A DNA stretch of 38,433 nucleotides from a virus (IMGVR_UViG_3300043391_000021:1-38433); one strand, 5' to 3'. Shown: positions 1 through 9,639, counted from the stretch's first letter. Notes: a model not told the origin generated them from the sequence alone. Made by a program: numbers and translations.

Positions 1-215
1 CTTTTTGCCTATTGTCGTTATTGACAAACCAATCAACGACCGTATGGCTTCAACGGTGCGCCATAACAGAGCTAGGGGCAAACATAGCGTTTCAGGCATG
101 GCTAACATGGTGTTTCAGATGCTGGACAATGGCTGGAGTGACGAAGCTATCTGCGCAGAGCTAGGCGTTGAACCTGACGAGCTTATCCGCTTAAAGCACG
201 TTACTGGTTTCTCAA
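1..215. repeat. Terminal overlap, copy 1 (circular assembly overlap)
   Basis: 1-215 matches 38219-38433 except at positions 16, 19 and 88; the repeat lies inside a CDS. Confidence 0.95.
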
Positions 216-322
216 AGCTGTTCGAAAATGTGGAATATAAGCGTGCTTGGGAAACTAAGCGACAAATCGAGTTACGTAAACAATATGAAAAGGAACAGGA
301 AGATGGAAACAAAGCTGATTAA
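1..322 (+). CDS. ibrB: IbrB/YbdM-like ParB-domain protein, 3' part
   Basis: STVRHNRARGKH and the HTH-like GWSDEAICAELGVEPDELIRLK; in frame with the ORF starting at 37857. Confidence 0.9.
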   Translation, partial: FLPIVVIDKPINDRMASTVRHNRARGKHSVSGMANMVFQMLDNGWSDEAICAELGVEPDELIRLKHVTGFSKLFENVEYKRAWETKRQIELRKQYEKEQEDGNKAD

Positions 323-881
323 CATTACTGAGATTAAACCTTACTGGCGCAATCCACGTAACAACGAAGGCGCTATTCAAGCCGTTGCTCAGTCAATTAA
401 AGACTACGGATTTAACTACCCGTTGATTCTTGACAAGGAAAACGTCATTATTGCTGGTCATACACGATACAAAGCGCTTCAACTATTGGGTGTCGAACAA
501 GTGCCGTGCGTGATTAAAGACGATTTAACTGCACAACAAATCAGGGAATACCGTATCGCTGACAATAAAACCAGCGAATTATCGACTTGGGACATGGACA
601 AGCTAATCCCTGAGTTACGTGAGCTTAAAGCGGTCGAGGACATGGAGATTTATTTCCCAACAATTAGCCTAGAAGACCTTATTGCTGAACAGGCGGGCGC
701 ACATAAGTTCACTAACCCTACGCAAGAAAACATTGGCAAGATTGAGGAAAGAATGCAAATGACCTTTGAAGACAGGTCAAAAGTCCAACAATCCGCTTAT
801 GTTGAGGTTATCTGCCCACATTGCACCGAGGCGTTTCACGTTGACCGTAACGAGATTGCACGGGCAAGAGATGACAGCTAG
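303..881 (+). CDS. ParB/Srx N-terminal domain protein with C-terminal CPHC motif
   Basis: IKPYWRNPRNN...SIKDYGFNYPLILD...IIAGHTRYKA...YRIADNKTSE; ATG 303 with AGGAAG RBS preferred over the track start at 228. Confidence 0.85.
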   Translation: METKLINITEIKPYWRNPRNNEGAIQAVAQSIKDYGFNYPLILDKENVIIAGHTRYKALQLLGVEQVPCVIKDDLTAQQIREYRIADNKTSELSTWDMDKLIPELRELKAVEDMEIYFPTISLEDLIAEQAGAHKFTNPTQENIGKIEERMQMTFEDRSKVQQSAYVEVICPHCTEAFHVDRNEIARARDDS

Positions 882-908
882 AATATAGCCATTCACTAGG
901 AGATAACC

Positions 909-1268
909 ATGTTTGCTGACTTTATTCTTAACCTTTTTCATTGCGTCACTAATACGCACGTCCTACACCTATCAAGCCGTTCTTACTCAGAACACATGGC
1001 ATTAGGGGATTTTTACGAGGGCTTGGACGATTTAGCTGATTCATTGGCAGAGGCTTATCAAGGCAAATATGGTATCCCTACATACACAGCTAAATACGAG
1101 AACACTATCCCTACTAATGCCTTAGCATACCTAGAAGGGGTAAGCGCCTATGTATCAAGCGCTAGACAAGAGGCTACTTATCCACAGGATTCAGAGCTTC
1201 AAAACATCACAGATGAGATACAAGCACTCATTAATACTACTATCTACAAGTTACGCTATCTCAAGTAA
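909..1268 (+). CDS. Dps/ferritin-like four-helix protein (phage DUF5856-like)
   Basis: HVLH...HMALGDFYEGLDDLADSLAEAYQG resembles the Dps ferroxidase helix; GGGAG RBS. Confidence 0.7.
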   Translation: MFADFILNLFHCVTNTHVLHLSSRSYSEHMALGDFYEGLDDLADSLAEAYQGKYGIPTYTAKYENTIPTNALAYLEGVSAYVSSARQEATYPQDSELQNITDEIQALINTTIYKLRYLK

Positions 1269-1696
1269 TGGCAACAATCCCCAAGTCTACTAAGTGTCAG
1301 TTCTTGGGGTGTCGTGAGGAACGCTCACGCTATAACAGCTACTGCCTTACACATGGGGGCAAGAACACCCTAACCATTACCAAGCAACGGGCTGAGAATA
1401 ACGCCATGTATCAAACGGCTTACTGGCGGGCACAGCGTAAACGACAGCTATCTATACACCCACTATGCGCATCATGTATCACTAAAGGCATAGTAACTCA
1501 GGCTCATCACGTAGACCACGTCTTCCCTTGGACAGCCATAGGTGAGCACGCCTTTACAGCTAATATCTACCAATCCCTATGCGCACCATGTCATAGTGAT
1601 AAAACCTATTGGGAACAGCAAGGGATAGTCAAGCACTATGGTTATAACGACTATAAGATTGAAGACTATGCACGAGTAGTCAAATCTTTGATATAG
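1268..1696 (+). CDS. Terminase-associated HNH endonuclease (HK97 gp74-like)
   Basis: PLCASC...HHVDHVFP...NIYQSLCAPCHSDKT; immediately upstream of terS. Confidence 0.9.
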   Translation: MATIPKSTKCQFLGCREERSRYNSYCLTHGGKNTLTITKQRAENNAMYQTAYWRAQRKRQLSIHPLCASCITKGIVTQAHHVDHVFPWTAIGEHAFTANIYQSLCAPCHSDKTYWEQQGIVKHYGYNDYKIEDYARVVKSLI

Positions 1697-1989
1697 CGCC
1701 AAGCATCAAAAAATCCCAAAAAATTTAGAAACTTAAAAATTTTCGAATGTTTTATAAAGCAAGCCCGCCCTATAACTTTGTGTATATAGAGTTGAGGGGG
1801 TGGGGGTATCACGTTCGCATGGGGGAATTCCCACGCACAGTAGTTTCACGTGAAACATAGGGCGTGTTCGGGCTAAGGCTGGAAACGCTGGTGCAACATG
1901 GGGTTACTCGATTGAAGCGTTTACAATGGTTCAGAACAATGACCAGTTAGCGCTGGCGCAAAACAAAACTTTACAGTAGAATAATTCTT
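1697..1989. other. Intergenic region probably containing the cos packaging site
   Basis: Between HNH and terS, as in HK97-like cos phages; contains GGGGGTGGGGG and A/T tracts; cut site not determinable. Confidence 0.55.
1842..1857. promoter_or_regulatory. parS-like palindrome
   Basis: AGTTTCACGTGAAACA, 15/16 match to the bacterial consensus TGTTTCACGTGAAACA with a perfect 14-bp palindromic core. Confidence 0.75.
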
Positions 1990-2454
1990 ATGAACAAATT
2001 GCCACCTGAATTACACGTAGTCAACGGCTCAAAGGGACAGAACCAAGGCGTTGAGTTACCCAAATCCATTAAAGCCCGTATCCCAAAAGCTGAATGGCTC
2101 GATAACCCCGACGCATGGGACAAGGACAAGTTCGTTGAAGAAACGGCTGAGTTTCTATTTAAAGTTTATGGCATTGGTAATAACCAAGACAAGCACACGC
2201 TGGGTTTCTTAGCAGACCAAATCGACATATACGTAGAGGCTACCAAAATGACACCAAAAGGTGCATTGGTAATTAAGCAAAATGGCGGTAAAACAATGGG
2301 TCCTAACCCGTTTTTAACCATCAAATACAATGCGCTGAGAAGCATTATTCAATTAATGAACGAGTTAGGGCTAACCCCTAGAAGTCGACTTAACTCAGGC
2401 GCTCAAGAAGAAGACAGTCCAGTATCTAAATTCCTTAGAGGTCCTAAAGGGTGA
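1990..2454 (+). CDS. terS: Terminase small subunit (P27-like)
   Basis: NPFLTI...QLMNELGLTPRSR motif; precedes terL. Confidence 0.9.
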   Translation: MNKLPPELHVVNGSKGQNQGVELPKSIKARIPKAEWLDNPDAWDKDKFVEETAEFLFKVYGIGNNQDKHTLGFLADQIDIYVEATKMTPKGALVIKQNGGKTMGPNPFLTIKYNALRSIIQLMNELGLTPRSRLNSGAQEEDSPVSKFLRGPKG

Positions 2455-4121
2455 ATTGGCAAGACGGTGTTAAATACGCAAGCCAAGTAGCTAAAGGCGA
2501 AATTAACGTTTGCGCAAATGTGCGCTTGGCGTGCCAGCGGTTTCTTGACCAAATGGAAAACAAAGAATGGGAATGGTATTTTGACCCTGACTATGTTGAC
2601 CACGTATTAAGTTTTGCGGAATCGTTAAAACATACAAAAGGTCCACAAGCGGGCGAAGCCATAGTTCTTGAGCCGTTTCAGATATTACTAATCTGCGCAA
2701 TATATGGCTTTAGGCAAAAAAAAGACCACGGACACCGCATGGTGTCAGACGTAATTGTGTTCATTCCACGTAAAGCTGGTAAGTCAACACTAACTGCCGT
2801 GATTGCTCTTTATGAGTTAATATGTGGCGAAGCTGGTGCTGAGGTGTTTACTTTGGCAACAAGCCGTGAACAAGCGTCAATCGTATTTGATGCGGCACGA
2901 GGCTTTGTCGAAAATATGCCGACAGACCTAAAAAACCTATTTAACGTATCAAAGTATCAAATTGGCAAAGCTGGTGACAGTCAATCTATGTTCAAGGCTT
3001 TAAGCCGTGATACGAAAAAGACTGGTGACGGTAAAAACCCGTCATGCGCAATTATCGACGAGGCGGCACAGATTACAGACCGTAACTCAATCGAAGTTTT
3101 GCATTCAGGTATGGTTGCTCGTAAAAACCCGTTGAGAATTTACATTACGACAGCCAGCTTTACTAAAGACACCAAGTTCTATGAAGATATGCAAATGGTC
3201 GAGAATATGTTGCACGGCACAGCAAACGACAATCCAAGATGGTTCGGTTTGCTTTATGGCTTAGATTTACAAGACGACTGGCAAAACCCTGAAGTGTGGC
3301 AAAAAGCTAACCCAATGCACGGAATCTCAGTATTTGATAACGCCATCATACAGCGTGCTGAAGAAGCTAAGAATAAGCCTGCCGCACTTAACGAGTTTCT
3401 TTGTAAAACCCTAAACGTTTACGTATCAGCTAATAGCGCATGGTTAGACAGGGTTTACTGGGACGACCCAGCGTGCCGTATTATCAAGCGAGCCGACGAA
3501 CCTGAAGCTGTATTTATTGGATTCGACTTAGCCAGCACACGGGACTTAAATGCGGTATGCACACTCAAAAGATACGCAGAGGACGACTTTGAAGCTAAGT
3601 GGAAATTCTTTTTACCCGAACAAGGCTTGGAGTTTGTGCCAAAACACTACTTATCCATATTTGACGAAGCCCGTAAGAGTGGAATATTGCATTTAACTCA
3701 AGGCAACGTCATTGACCACAGGGAAATCACGGATTACATACTAAGCGAAGCCAAACAATACGATATGCTCAAAGAAGTGGGTTATGACGCTTACAATGCC
3801 GCATCTATTGTTGCTGAATTGTATGATTCAGGCTTACCCGTTAAAAAAGTGGGTCAAGGTATGGCGGTATTGAACAATCCATCTAAACAAGTTGAGAAAT
3901 TGGTGCTAAATCACAAAATTAAGCACGACGGCAACCCATTCGTGTCATGGCAACTAGGTAACTGCGAAGTCTACGAAGATGTAAACGGCAATATTAAGAT
4001 TAGAAAGAACGAAGCGGACAAATCTGCTAAGGTCGACGGCATTATTGCCATGATTATTGCTATGCACTGTTCTTTAGATAACCCTTTTGTTAGTTCTAGC
4101 TTTGGTTTCCGCACTTTTTAG
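2451..4121 (+). CDS. terL: Terminase large subunit
   Basis: Walker A IPRKAGKST, Walker B AIIDE, ITTA motif, nuclease IGFDLAS and KVDGIIA. Confidence 0.97.
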   Translation: MNWQDGVKYASQVAKGEINVCANVRLACQRFLDQMENKEWEWYFDPDYVDHVLSFAESLKHTKGPQAGEAIVLEPFQILLICAIYGFRQKKDHGHRMVSDVIVFIPRKAGKSTLTAVIALYELICGEAGAEVFTLATSREQASIVFDAARGFVENMPTDLKNLFNVSKYQIGKAGDSQSMFKALSRDTKKTGDGKNPSCAIIDEAAQITDRNSIEVLHSGMVARKNPLRIYITTASFTKDTKFYEDMQMVENMLHGTANDNPRWFGLLYGLDLQDDWQNPEVWQKANPMHGISVFDNAIIQRAEEAKNKPAALNEFLCKTLNVYVSANSAWLDRVYWDDPACRIIKRADEPEAVFIGFDLASTRDLNAVCTLKRYAEDDFEAKWKFFLPEQGLEFVPKHYLSIFDEARKSGILHLTQGNVIDHREITDYILSEAKQYDMLKEVGYDAYNAASIVAELYDSGLPVKKVGQGMAVLNNPSKQVEKLVLNHKIKHDGNPFVSWQLGNCEVYEDVNGNIKIRKNEADKSAKVDGIIAMIIAMHCSLDNPFVSSSFGFRTF

Positions 4122-4150
4122 TGTAATATGAACCAAATTCGGGGGAAAAC

Positions 4151-5572
4151 ATGGGCATACTAGACATTTTTAACAAAAAAGAACCAAAAACGACCAAAAA
4201 CGAGGTGGTTACAAACGAATCTAACACCATGTTCGGGCAAACCCAGCTTGGTAATAACGTCGTATATCAGGGTCAAGCTGGTAAGCAAACGGTTTCCCAA
4301 CAACTACTATACGTAACAACTTCTAGCGCAACAACGGCTGGCAGACCAGTCGATATGACTATGCTTTCCCGTAACTCAACGGTTATGGCGTGCGTAGGAG
4401 TAAAAGCTAGGACATTGGCACAGTTACCTAAGTGCGTATATTACAAAACTGACGACGGTGAGTTCGTTGAAGCGCTGAAAGCCCCGAATGTCGGTAAGCG
4501 TGACAAAGATAGAGCAAGACAAGTGCAAAACTTGCTTTATAACCCTAATAATTTTCAATCAAGCTACGAATTTTGGTATCAATGGTCAATGTGGCTTGAT
4601 TTAGCTGGCGAAACCTTCACGCTTTGGTGGAGAGAAAATCCAAAAGACGCAATCTCTGTTCCACTAGAGATGTATAACCTAGATTCATCATTAATGACGT
4701 GCCAGCTTACGCCAAGCCGTTATCCTAAGTATGTTTTAAGCACACCAAGCTACGGATTCAATAAAGACGAGCCATTATCTGCGCATCAAGTGATGCACAT
4801 CATGGAAGCCGCATGGCAAGGCTCTGCTGGCTTTAACAAAGGCATCTTAGCAACAGAATTGGTTGCGCTAGACCAAGATATTGACCTATACGCAAACTTT
4901 ATTATGCAAAACGGTGCAAAGCCGTCAGGTATGTTTGTTACAGACCAAATCTTGCCTGATGCCAAGTATAAAGAGCTTGCCGCACGTATTAAAGAAGCAT
5001 GGTCAAGCATGGTTGGTTCAAGAACGACCGATTTAAGCAAAGCTGGGCAAGGTATGTTGCTAGAGGGTAGCATGAAGTATGAGCCAATTGATATGCTGAC
5101 TTTACAAGACGCTGATTGTGCCGCACTTAAAGAGCAAACCATGAAACGTATTTGTGGATTGTTTGGCGTGCCACCTCAAATGATTTCAGTAGGCGAAGGT
5201 AAATTTAACAACACGCAAACTATGCTGGACGAGTTCCATAAGACCACAATGTATCCTTTGGTAATCAACATTGAGCAAAAATTGAACAATCACTTGCTCA
5301 AAGGTTATCCAAACTTGTGCGTAAGGTTTGACACTAAAGAGTTTCTTAAGGGTGCGGCACTTGACCAAATGAATTTTGTTACAGCGGGCGTTTCTGCTGG
5401 CATCATTACGCCAAACGAGGCTCGCCAGTATTTAAATATGGCAAAGATTGACGGCGCAGATGAATTGGGTGCAAAATCACAGGTAGCTGACCCAATTGCT
5501 GGTAGCTCTCCGCAAGATACTGGCGGTGGCGGTGGTAATCAAACCAAAAAAATGAATATCGGAACAAAATAA
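4151..5572 (+). CDS. HK97-family portal protein
   Basis: NGAKPSG, ICGLFGVPPQMI, GIITPNEARQYLNM motifs. Confidence 0.95.
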   Translation: MGILDIFNKKEPKTTKNEVVTNESNTMFGQTQLGNNVVYQGQAGKQTVSQQLLYVTTSSATTAGRPVDMTMLSRNSTVMACVGVKARTLAQLPKCVYYKTDDGEFVEALKAPNVGKRDKDRARQVQNLLYNPNNFQSSYEFWYQWSMWLDLAGETFTLWWRENPKDAISVPLEMYNLDSSLMTCQLTPSRYPKYVLSTPSYGFNKDEPLSAHQVMHIMEAAWQGSAGFNKGILATELVALDQDIDLYANFIMQNGAKPSGMFVTDQILPDAKYKELAARIKEAWSSMVGSRTTDLSKAGQGMLLEGSMKYEPIDMLTLQDADCAALKEQTMKRICGLFGVPPQMISVGEGKFNNTQTMLDEFHKTTMYPLVINIEQKLNNHLLKGYPNLCVRFDTKEFLKGAALDQMNFVTAGVSAGIITPNEARQYLNMAKIDGADELGAKSQVADPIAGSSPQDTGGGGGNQTKKMNIGTK

Positions 5573-5796
5573 TGTTACTTTTTGATAAACTTGCTTTATA
5601 CTTCTTGCGAAAGCAAGTGAAAACAAAAGACATTAATCTACCCGAACCAACACGGGGTAGACCCCCAAAAATACAAGATATGCGTCAAGATATTCAAACA
5701 GGGGCTATTAATGAAAAATCTACACCTAAAGTGCGAAGCAAAACTGAGCGTAAGCCAAGGCTTAAACGAGAGCCAAACTCCAACTGGGAAGATTGA
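5572..5796 (+). CDS. Small basic hypothetical protein with AT-hook-like RGRP
   Basis: TAATG coupling to portal stop; TRGRPPK; overlaps the protease start by 86 nt. Confidence 0.4.
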   Translation: MLLFDKLALYFLRKQVKTKDINLPEPTRGRPPKIQDMRQDIQTGAINEKSTPKVRSKTERKPRLKREPNSNWED

Positions 5797-6502
5797 AGCT
5801 AAAGTTACGACATGGGGCGCACGTGAAGGCGCTGACGGTCGTAAATTTAACTATCAACCTGAAGGTTTTGCTGATTGGGCAAAAGAGTTTATGGAAGCTG
5901 ACAGACCTTTGCCAATGTATCTAAATCATAACGATATGGGTATGCCAATTGGCGAATGGAACGAGTTTATGTTCGAAGATGATGGTATGAGCGCAAAAGG
6001 TCGCTTATTCCTAAACACTTCAGACGGTCGTGACGTGTATAACGTTCTAAAAGAATCTCCTAATCTATTTGGCGGTGTATCAGTAGGCGCCTATGCCGAA
6101 GAATACGCTATGGTAGATGAGGCTGGCGTGCCTTTAGAAGACCCTACTGAAGACGGCTATTTCCAAATCACAAAAGGCGGACTAATGGAAGTGTCAGTAG
6201 TCATGCACCCAAACAACGAACAAGCAAGCATCAATGCGCTAGAGTGCGTAACAGCAGATGGCACAGTTGACTTGAGAGCATTAGAAAAATCCTTGAGAGA
6301 GTCAGGGGTATCTAAACAGAATGCGGTCACTGCCGCTTCTGTATTCAAAAAGGTAATGGAACAGCGAGATGCCGTTCAGAAGCCTATTGAAAAAGCGCCG
6401 ATTCAGAGCGATTCTGATGCGGAAGTGACCGAAGCCGATGAGTTACTCAAAGCTTTACAGCTACGTGAGTTAACCAAGGCACTCCAAAAACGTGTTAAAT
6501 AA
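5711..6502 (+). CDS. HK97-family prohead protease
   Basis: PMYLNHN...PIGEW, GVSVGA, LMEVSVVMHPNN motifs. Confidence 0.93.
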   Translation: MKNLHLKCEAKLSVSQGLNESQTPTGKIEAKVTTWGAREGADGRKFNYQPEGFADWAKEFMEADRPLPMYLNHNDMGMPIGEWNEFMFEDDGMSAKGRLFLNTSDGRDVYNVLKESPNLFGGVSVGAYAEEYAMVDEAGVPLEDPTEDGYFQITKGGLMEVSVVMHPNNEQASINALECVTADGTVDLRALEKSLRESGVSKQNAVTAASVFKKVMEQRDAVQKPIEKAPIQSDSDAEVTEADELLKALQLRELTKALQKRVK

Positions 6503-6511
6503 GGACACATT

Positions 6512-7867
6512 ATGTCAATCGAAAAAGTGCTAGAACAAGTAGACGCAATCGAAGCTAAACAAGATGCAAAGATTGCAGAAGCTAAATCAGCAGTTGAAGC
6601 AGTAATCTCTGAAAAAGTAGACGCTGTTAAAACTGAAACTCAAGAAAAACTTGCCGCAATTGAAGCTAAGTTGAGCGAAATCGGTGCTACACCGACAGTT
6701 AAGACTTACAAAACAATTTCAGCAGAAGTAAACCGTTCTGTAAAAGAACAAATCCGTGATTTCTACAAATCAGGCTCTAAGCTAGAAAAAGAAATCAAAA
6801 TGTTTGCTGACGAAGGTCACTATGACGCATACATGAAAGAAGCGTCAACATTGACTGGTTCAGGCGCTGGTATTGGTGGTCGTACAGCTTATGACCCAGT
6901 ATTTACACCATTGCGTTTGTTAAACCCGTTGCGTGGCGTATCACGTCAATTAGCCACAGACGGTTCAACATACCAGTTCCGTGCTAAGACTGGCAACGCA
7001 GGCGCTGCATGGGGCTACGCAATCCAGAACAACGGTTCAGCAACAACAGAAGCCACGAACATTTGGCAATTGACTTTGCAAGACCTTAACGTTCAGTTCC
7101 CAATCAGAACAGCCGCATTGGACGACATTGACGGTTTAGAAGCTAACGTAGTAAGCGATATGCTTGCTGAGTTCTCTCAGTCAGAAGCTCTTTCAATGAT
7201 TCAGAACAACGACCAAGGCTCAACAAGCTTGCCATACGGCGGTTCTAACGGCTTGCGTGGTTTGAATCAATACGGTGGCGTTAACAGCACTTATACTGGT
7301 GGCACAACTTCTGCATCAGCATTTGGCTCAAGCGGTACTGGTTCAACAAGCGGTTTGCACTCAATTGCTACATACGACCAGTTAACCACTAACGGTAACG
7401 CTCTTACAAACAACGTAACTTTCCAAGACATCGTAAACTTTGTTTACGCTTTGCCACAGCAGTATTGGACACCGACAGCCAAAATCATGGTTGGTCCAAC
7501 AATGCTTGCCGCAATCCGTGGCTTAGTTGACGAAAACGGTACGCCAGTATTTGAGCGTATGGGTCCGTTGGAAGTAGACGGTATTGTAGGTCGTATGCTT
7601 GGTTTTGACGTTGTAGTTAACAAATACTTAGACGTTCCAGCAGTTGCTTCAGAATCTGCTGGCACAGACGACTTGTTCCCTATGTATTTTGCTGACTGGC
7701 AACGCAGTCATAGCATCGTGGACAGATTGAACATGATTCTACGTCGCTACGACCAAACAGCACCCGGCTTCATTACATTCTTCGGTGAGAAGCGTCTTGC
7801 AACTTCAGTAGTTGACCCATTCGCAATGGTTCGCTATCGTTCTACTGCAACTGCAGACAACAGCTAA
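6512..7867 (+). CDS. Major capsid protein 1 (HK97 fold, N-terminal coiled-coil delta domain)
   Basis: ~109-aa E/K/A-rich N-terminus; RMLGFDVVVN, MYFADW, FFGEKRL. Confidence 0.93.
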   Translation: MSIEKVLEQVDAIEAKQDAKIAEAKSAVEAVISEKVDAVKTETQEKLAAIEAKLSEIGATPTVKTYKTISAEVNRSVKEQIRDFYKSGSKLEKEIKMFADEGHYDAYMKEASTLTGSGAGIGGRTAYDPVFTPLRLLNPLRGVSRQLATDGSTYQFRAKTGNAGAAWGYAIQNNGSATTEATNIWQLTLQDLNVQFPIRTAALDDIDGLEANVVSDMLAEFSQSEALSMIQNNDQGSTSLPYGGSNGLRGLNQYGGVNSTYTGGTTSASAFGSSGTGSTSGLHSIATYDQLTTNGNALTNNVTFQDIVNFVYALPQQYWTPTAKIMVGPTMLAAIRGLVDENGTPVFERMGPLEVDGIVGRMLGFDVVVNKYLDVPAVASESAGTDDLFPMYFADWQRSHSIVDRLNMILRRYDQTAPGFITFFGEKRLATSVVDPFAMVRYRSTATADNS

Positions 7868-7869
7868 AC

Positions 7870-7898
7870 AAGGTAGGGGGCGAAAGCCCCCGCCTTTT
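7870..7898 (+). terminator. Weak intrinsic terminator between the two capsid genes
   Basis: GGGGGC-GAAA-GCCCCC with AGGT/GCCT extension and only four T. Confidence 0.75.
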
Positions 7899-7918
7899 AA
7901 CCTAAACGGAATTAAAAT

Positions 7919-8962
7919 ATGAGCGCCAATCTAATACTTGAAGCAGTAAAAACAGCCGTGCAAGAAGGCAAGGCAATAGTTAACCTTAATGAAGCCAGCA
8001 CACTTACAGGTTCAGGTAGTGGGGTTGGTGGTCGTGTTATTTACGACGATTCATTTGCGGCACTAAGATACGCAAACCCATTACGTCGTGGAAGTCGAAT
8101 TATTAGCACAATTGGTTCAGACCAAGCCTTTGTTGTGAAGACTGGTAACGCCACACTAATTCAAAGCGGTAGCAACAATCCTTGGGGCTATCCAATCAAT
8201 TCAAATACTGGTTCTCCTGATATTGCAACATCATTTTGGCAATTGCCAGTTCGTTGTTTAAATGCAACAGTTCCAGTAAGAACAGCAGTATTGTCAGACA
8301 TTAATGCACTAGCCGAAACAATTGCTATGGACTTATCGCTTGAGTTTTCACAGCAAGAGGCGTTGTCAATGATGTTCAACAACGACCAATCAGGTTCAAC
8401 AACTGTAAACTTTGGCGCAACGCAAGGTTTGCGTGGTTTAAATAGCTATGCTGGCTCTACATCTGCCGCATCTTTTGGAACAAACGGTTCAGCAATTACT
8501 AACGGTTTGCACACAGTTTTACAGGTAGCTCAAGCATCAAATACAGCAGTTGCTTACGATGATTTAGCTAACTTAATGGGCGCTTTGCCAGCCCAGTATA
8601 AAAAACAGCCTACAACAGCGTGGATGATGCACCCAAGCACAGTTCAAGCTTTACGTAAGCTAAAGGCTTCTTCATCTGCAAACAATTTCCTAGAAGTTGG
8701 TGATGATGATGGTGGTGCAGTTGTAAATATTTTTGGCACACCAGTAATTGAAAACCCATACATGGACGTAACAGGCGCTGGTAAATATCCAGTATATTTA
8801 GCTGAGTGGCAAAAATTCTTTACCATTGCAGACCGTCAAGAAATGTCAATTCAGATGATTGAGCAAGCGCAAGTAGGCTTTATGACATTCTTTGGTGAAA
8901 AGCGTGTAGCATCTACTATCCGTGACGTTTTTGCGGGTGTTCGTTTAGTTGGTCCAGCCTAA
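7919..8962 (+). CDS. Major capsid protein paralog 2 (HK97 fold, no long delta domain)
   Basis: Colinear with capsid 1: EASTLTGSG.G.GGR, KTGNA, EFSQ.EALSM..NNDQ, GLRGLN, FFGEKR. Confidence 0.9.
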   Translation: MSANLILEAVKTAVQEGKAIVNLNEASTLTGSGSGVGGRVIYDDSFAALRYANPLRRGSRIISTIGSDQAFVVKTGNATLIQSGSNNPWGYPINSNTGSPDIATSFWQLPVRCLNATVPVRTAVLSDINALAETIAMDLSLEFSQQEALSMMFNNDQSGSTTVNFGATQGLRGLNSYAGSTSAASFGTNGSAITNGLHTVLQVAQASNTAVAYDDLANLMGALPAQYKKQPTTAWMMHPSTVQALRKLKASSSANNFLEVGDDDGGAVVNIFGTPVIENPYMDVTGAGKYPVYLAEWQKFFTIADRQEMSIQMIEQAQVGFMTFFGEKRVASTIRDVFAGVRLVGPA

Positions 8963-8973
8963 TAGGGTGACTT

Positions 8974-9639
8974 ATGTCGAATGGCATTGAAACGCAAGGG
9001 TATTTGGCGAATAGCCGTAACCCTTACAGTTACGAAAAGGTAGAACAGTTAAACCGTGATATTCAGACTAACTGGCTTACTTTAGACGAGATTACGCAAC
9101 AGCTTAACTTGTTCGAAGATGAAAGTCAGGACGGCTATCTAAGCGGTTTAGAGGTTGCAACCCGTATGGCTATCGAAGATTACTTGGGTATGTCTATTTT
9201 CCCAATTACTTGGAAGGCTTATTACGGCAACAGCAACGTAACTGGCACGCAGATATGCCTAGACTTGCCTGAGATTACTCAGAACAGTCAATACAACTCA
9301 AACGGCGTAATTATTAACTCCGTAACGTATTACAACGGTAACACCCCACCCGTTTTGACTACTTTGGCAAGCTCACAATACTATTACGACCCGACAGGCA
9401 ACAAAGTTATTTGCACTAGCTTGCCGTCAGACGTAAACAACATTATGAGTAACCCAATCATGGTTACATACACTACTGGCGCTAACTTTTACGCACAGTA
9501 CCCAGTAATCAAACAGGCTGGCTTGTTATTGCTTACGCATTTGTATAACAATCGTTCAAACACTACACGGGAAAAGCTGAACGAGTTGCCTTTTGGCGTA
9601 ACTCAATTGCTTAGACCTTACAAACCATTGGTGATGTAA
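8974..9639 (+). CDS. Head-tail adaptor (gp6-like, long form)
   Basis: LTLDEITQQL...AIEDYLG...IKQAGLLLLTHLYNNRS...LLRPYK. Confidence 0.88.
   Translation: MSNGIETQGYLANSRNPYSYEKVEQLNRDIQTNWLTLDEITQQLNLFEDESQDGYLSGLEVATRMAIEDYLGMSIFPITWKAYYGNSNVTGTQICLDLPEITQNSQYNSNGVIINSVTYYNGNTPPVLTTLASSQYYYDPTGNKVICTSLPSDVNNIMSNPIMVTYTTGANFYAQYPVIKQAGLLLLTHLYNNRSNTTREKLNELPFGVTQLLRPYKPLVM

Noticed and set aside
1-215. Biological direct terminal repeat
   Set aside because: The repeat falls mid-gene and far from the HNH/terS region, and the packaging genes look cos-type; better explained as an assembly overlap
303-881. ParABS partition operon or ParB-methyltransferase fusion
   Set aside because: No ParA Walker ATPase in the genome and no methyltransferase motifs in this ORF
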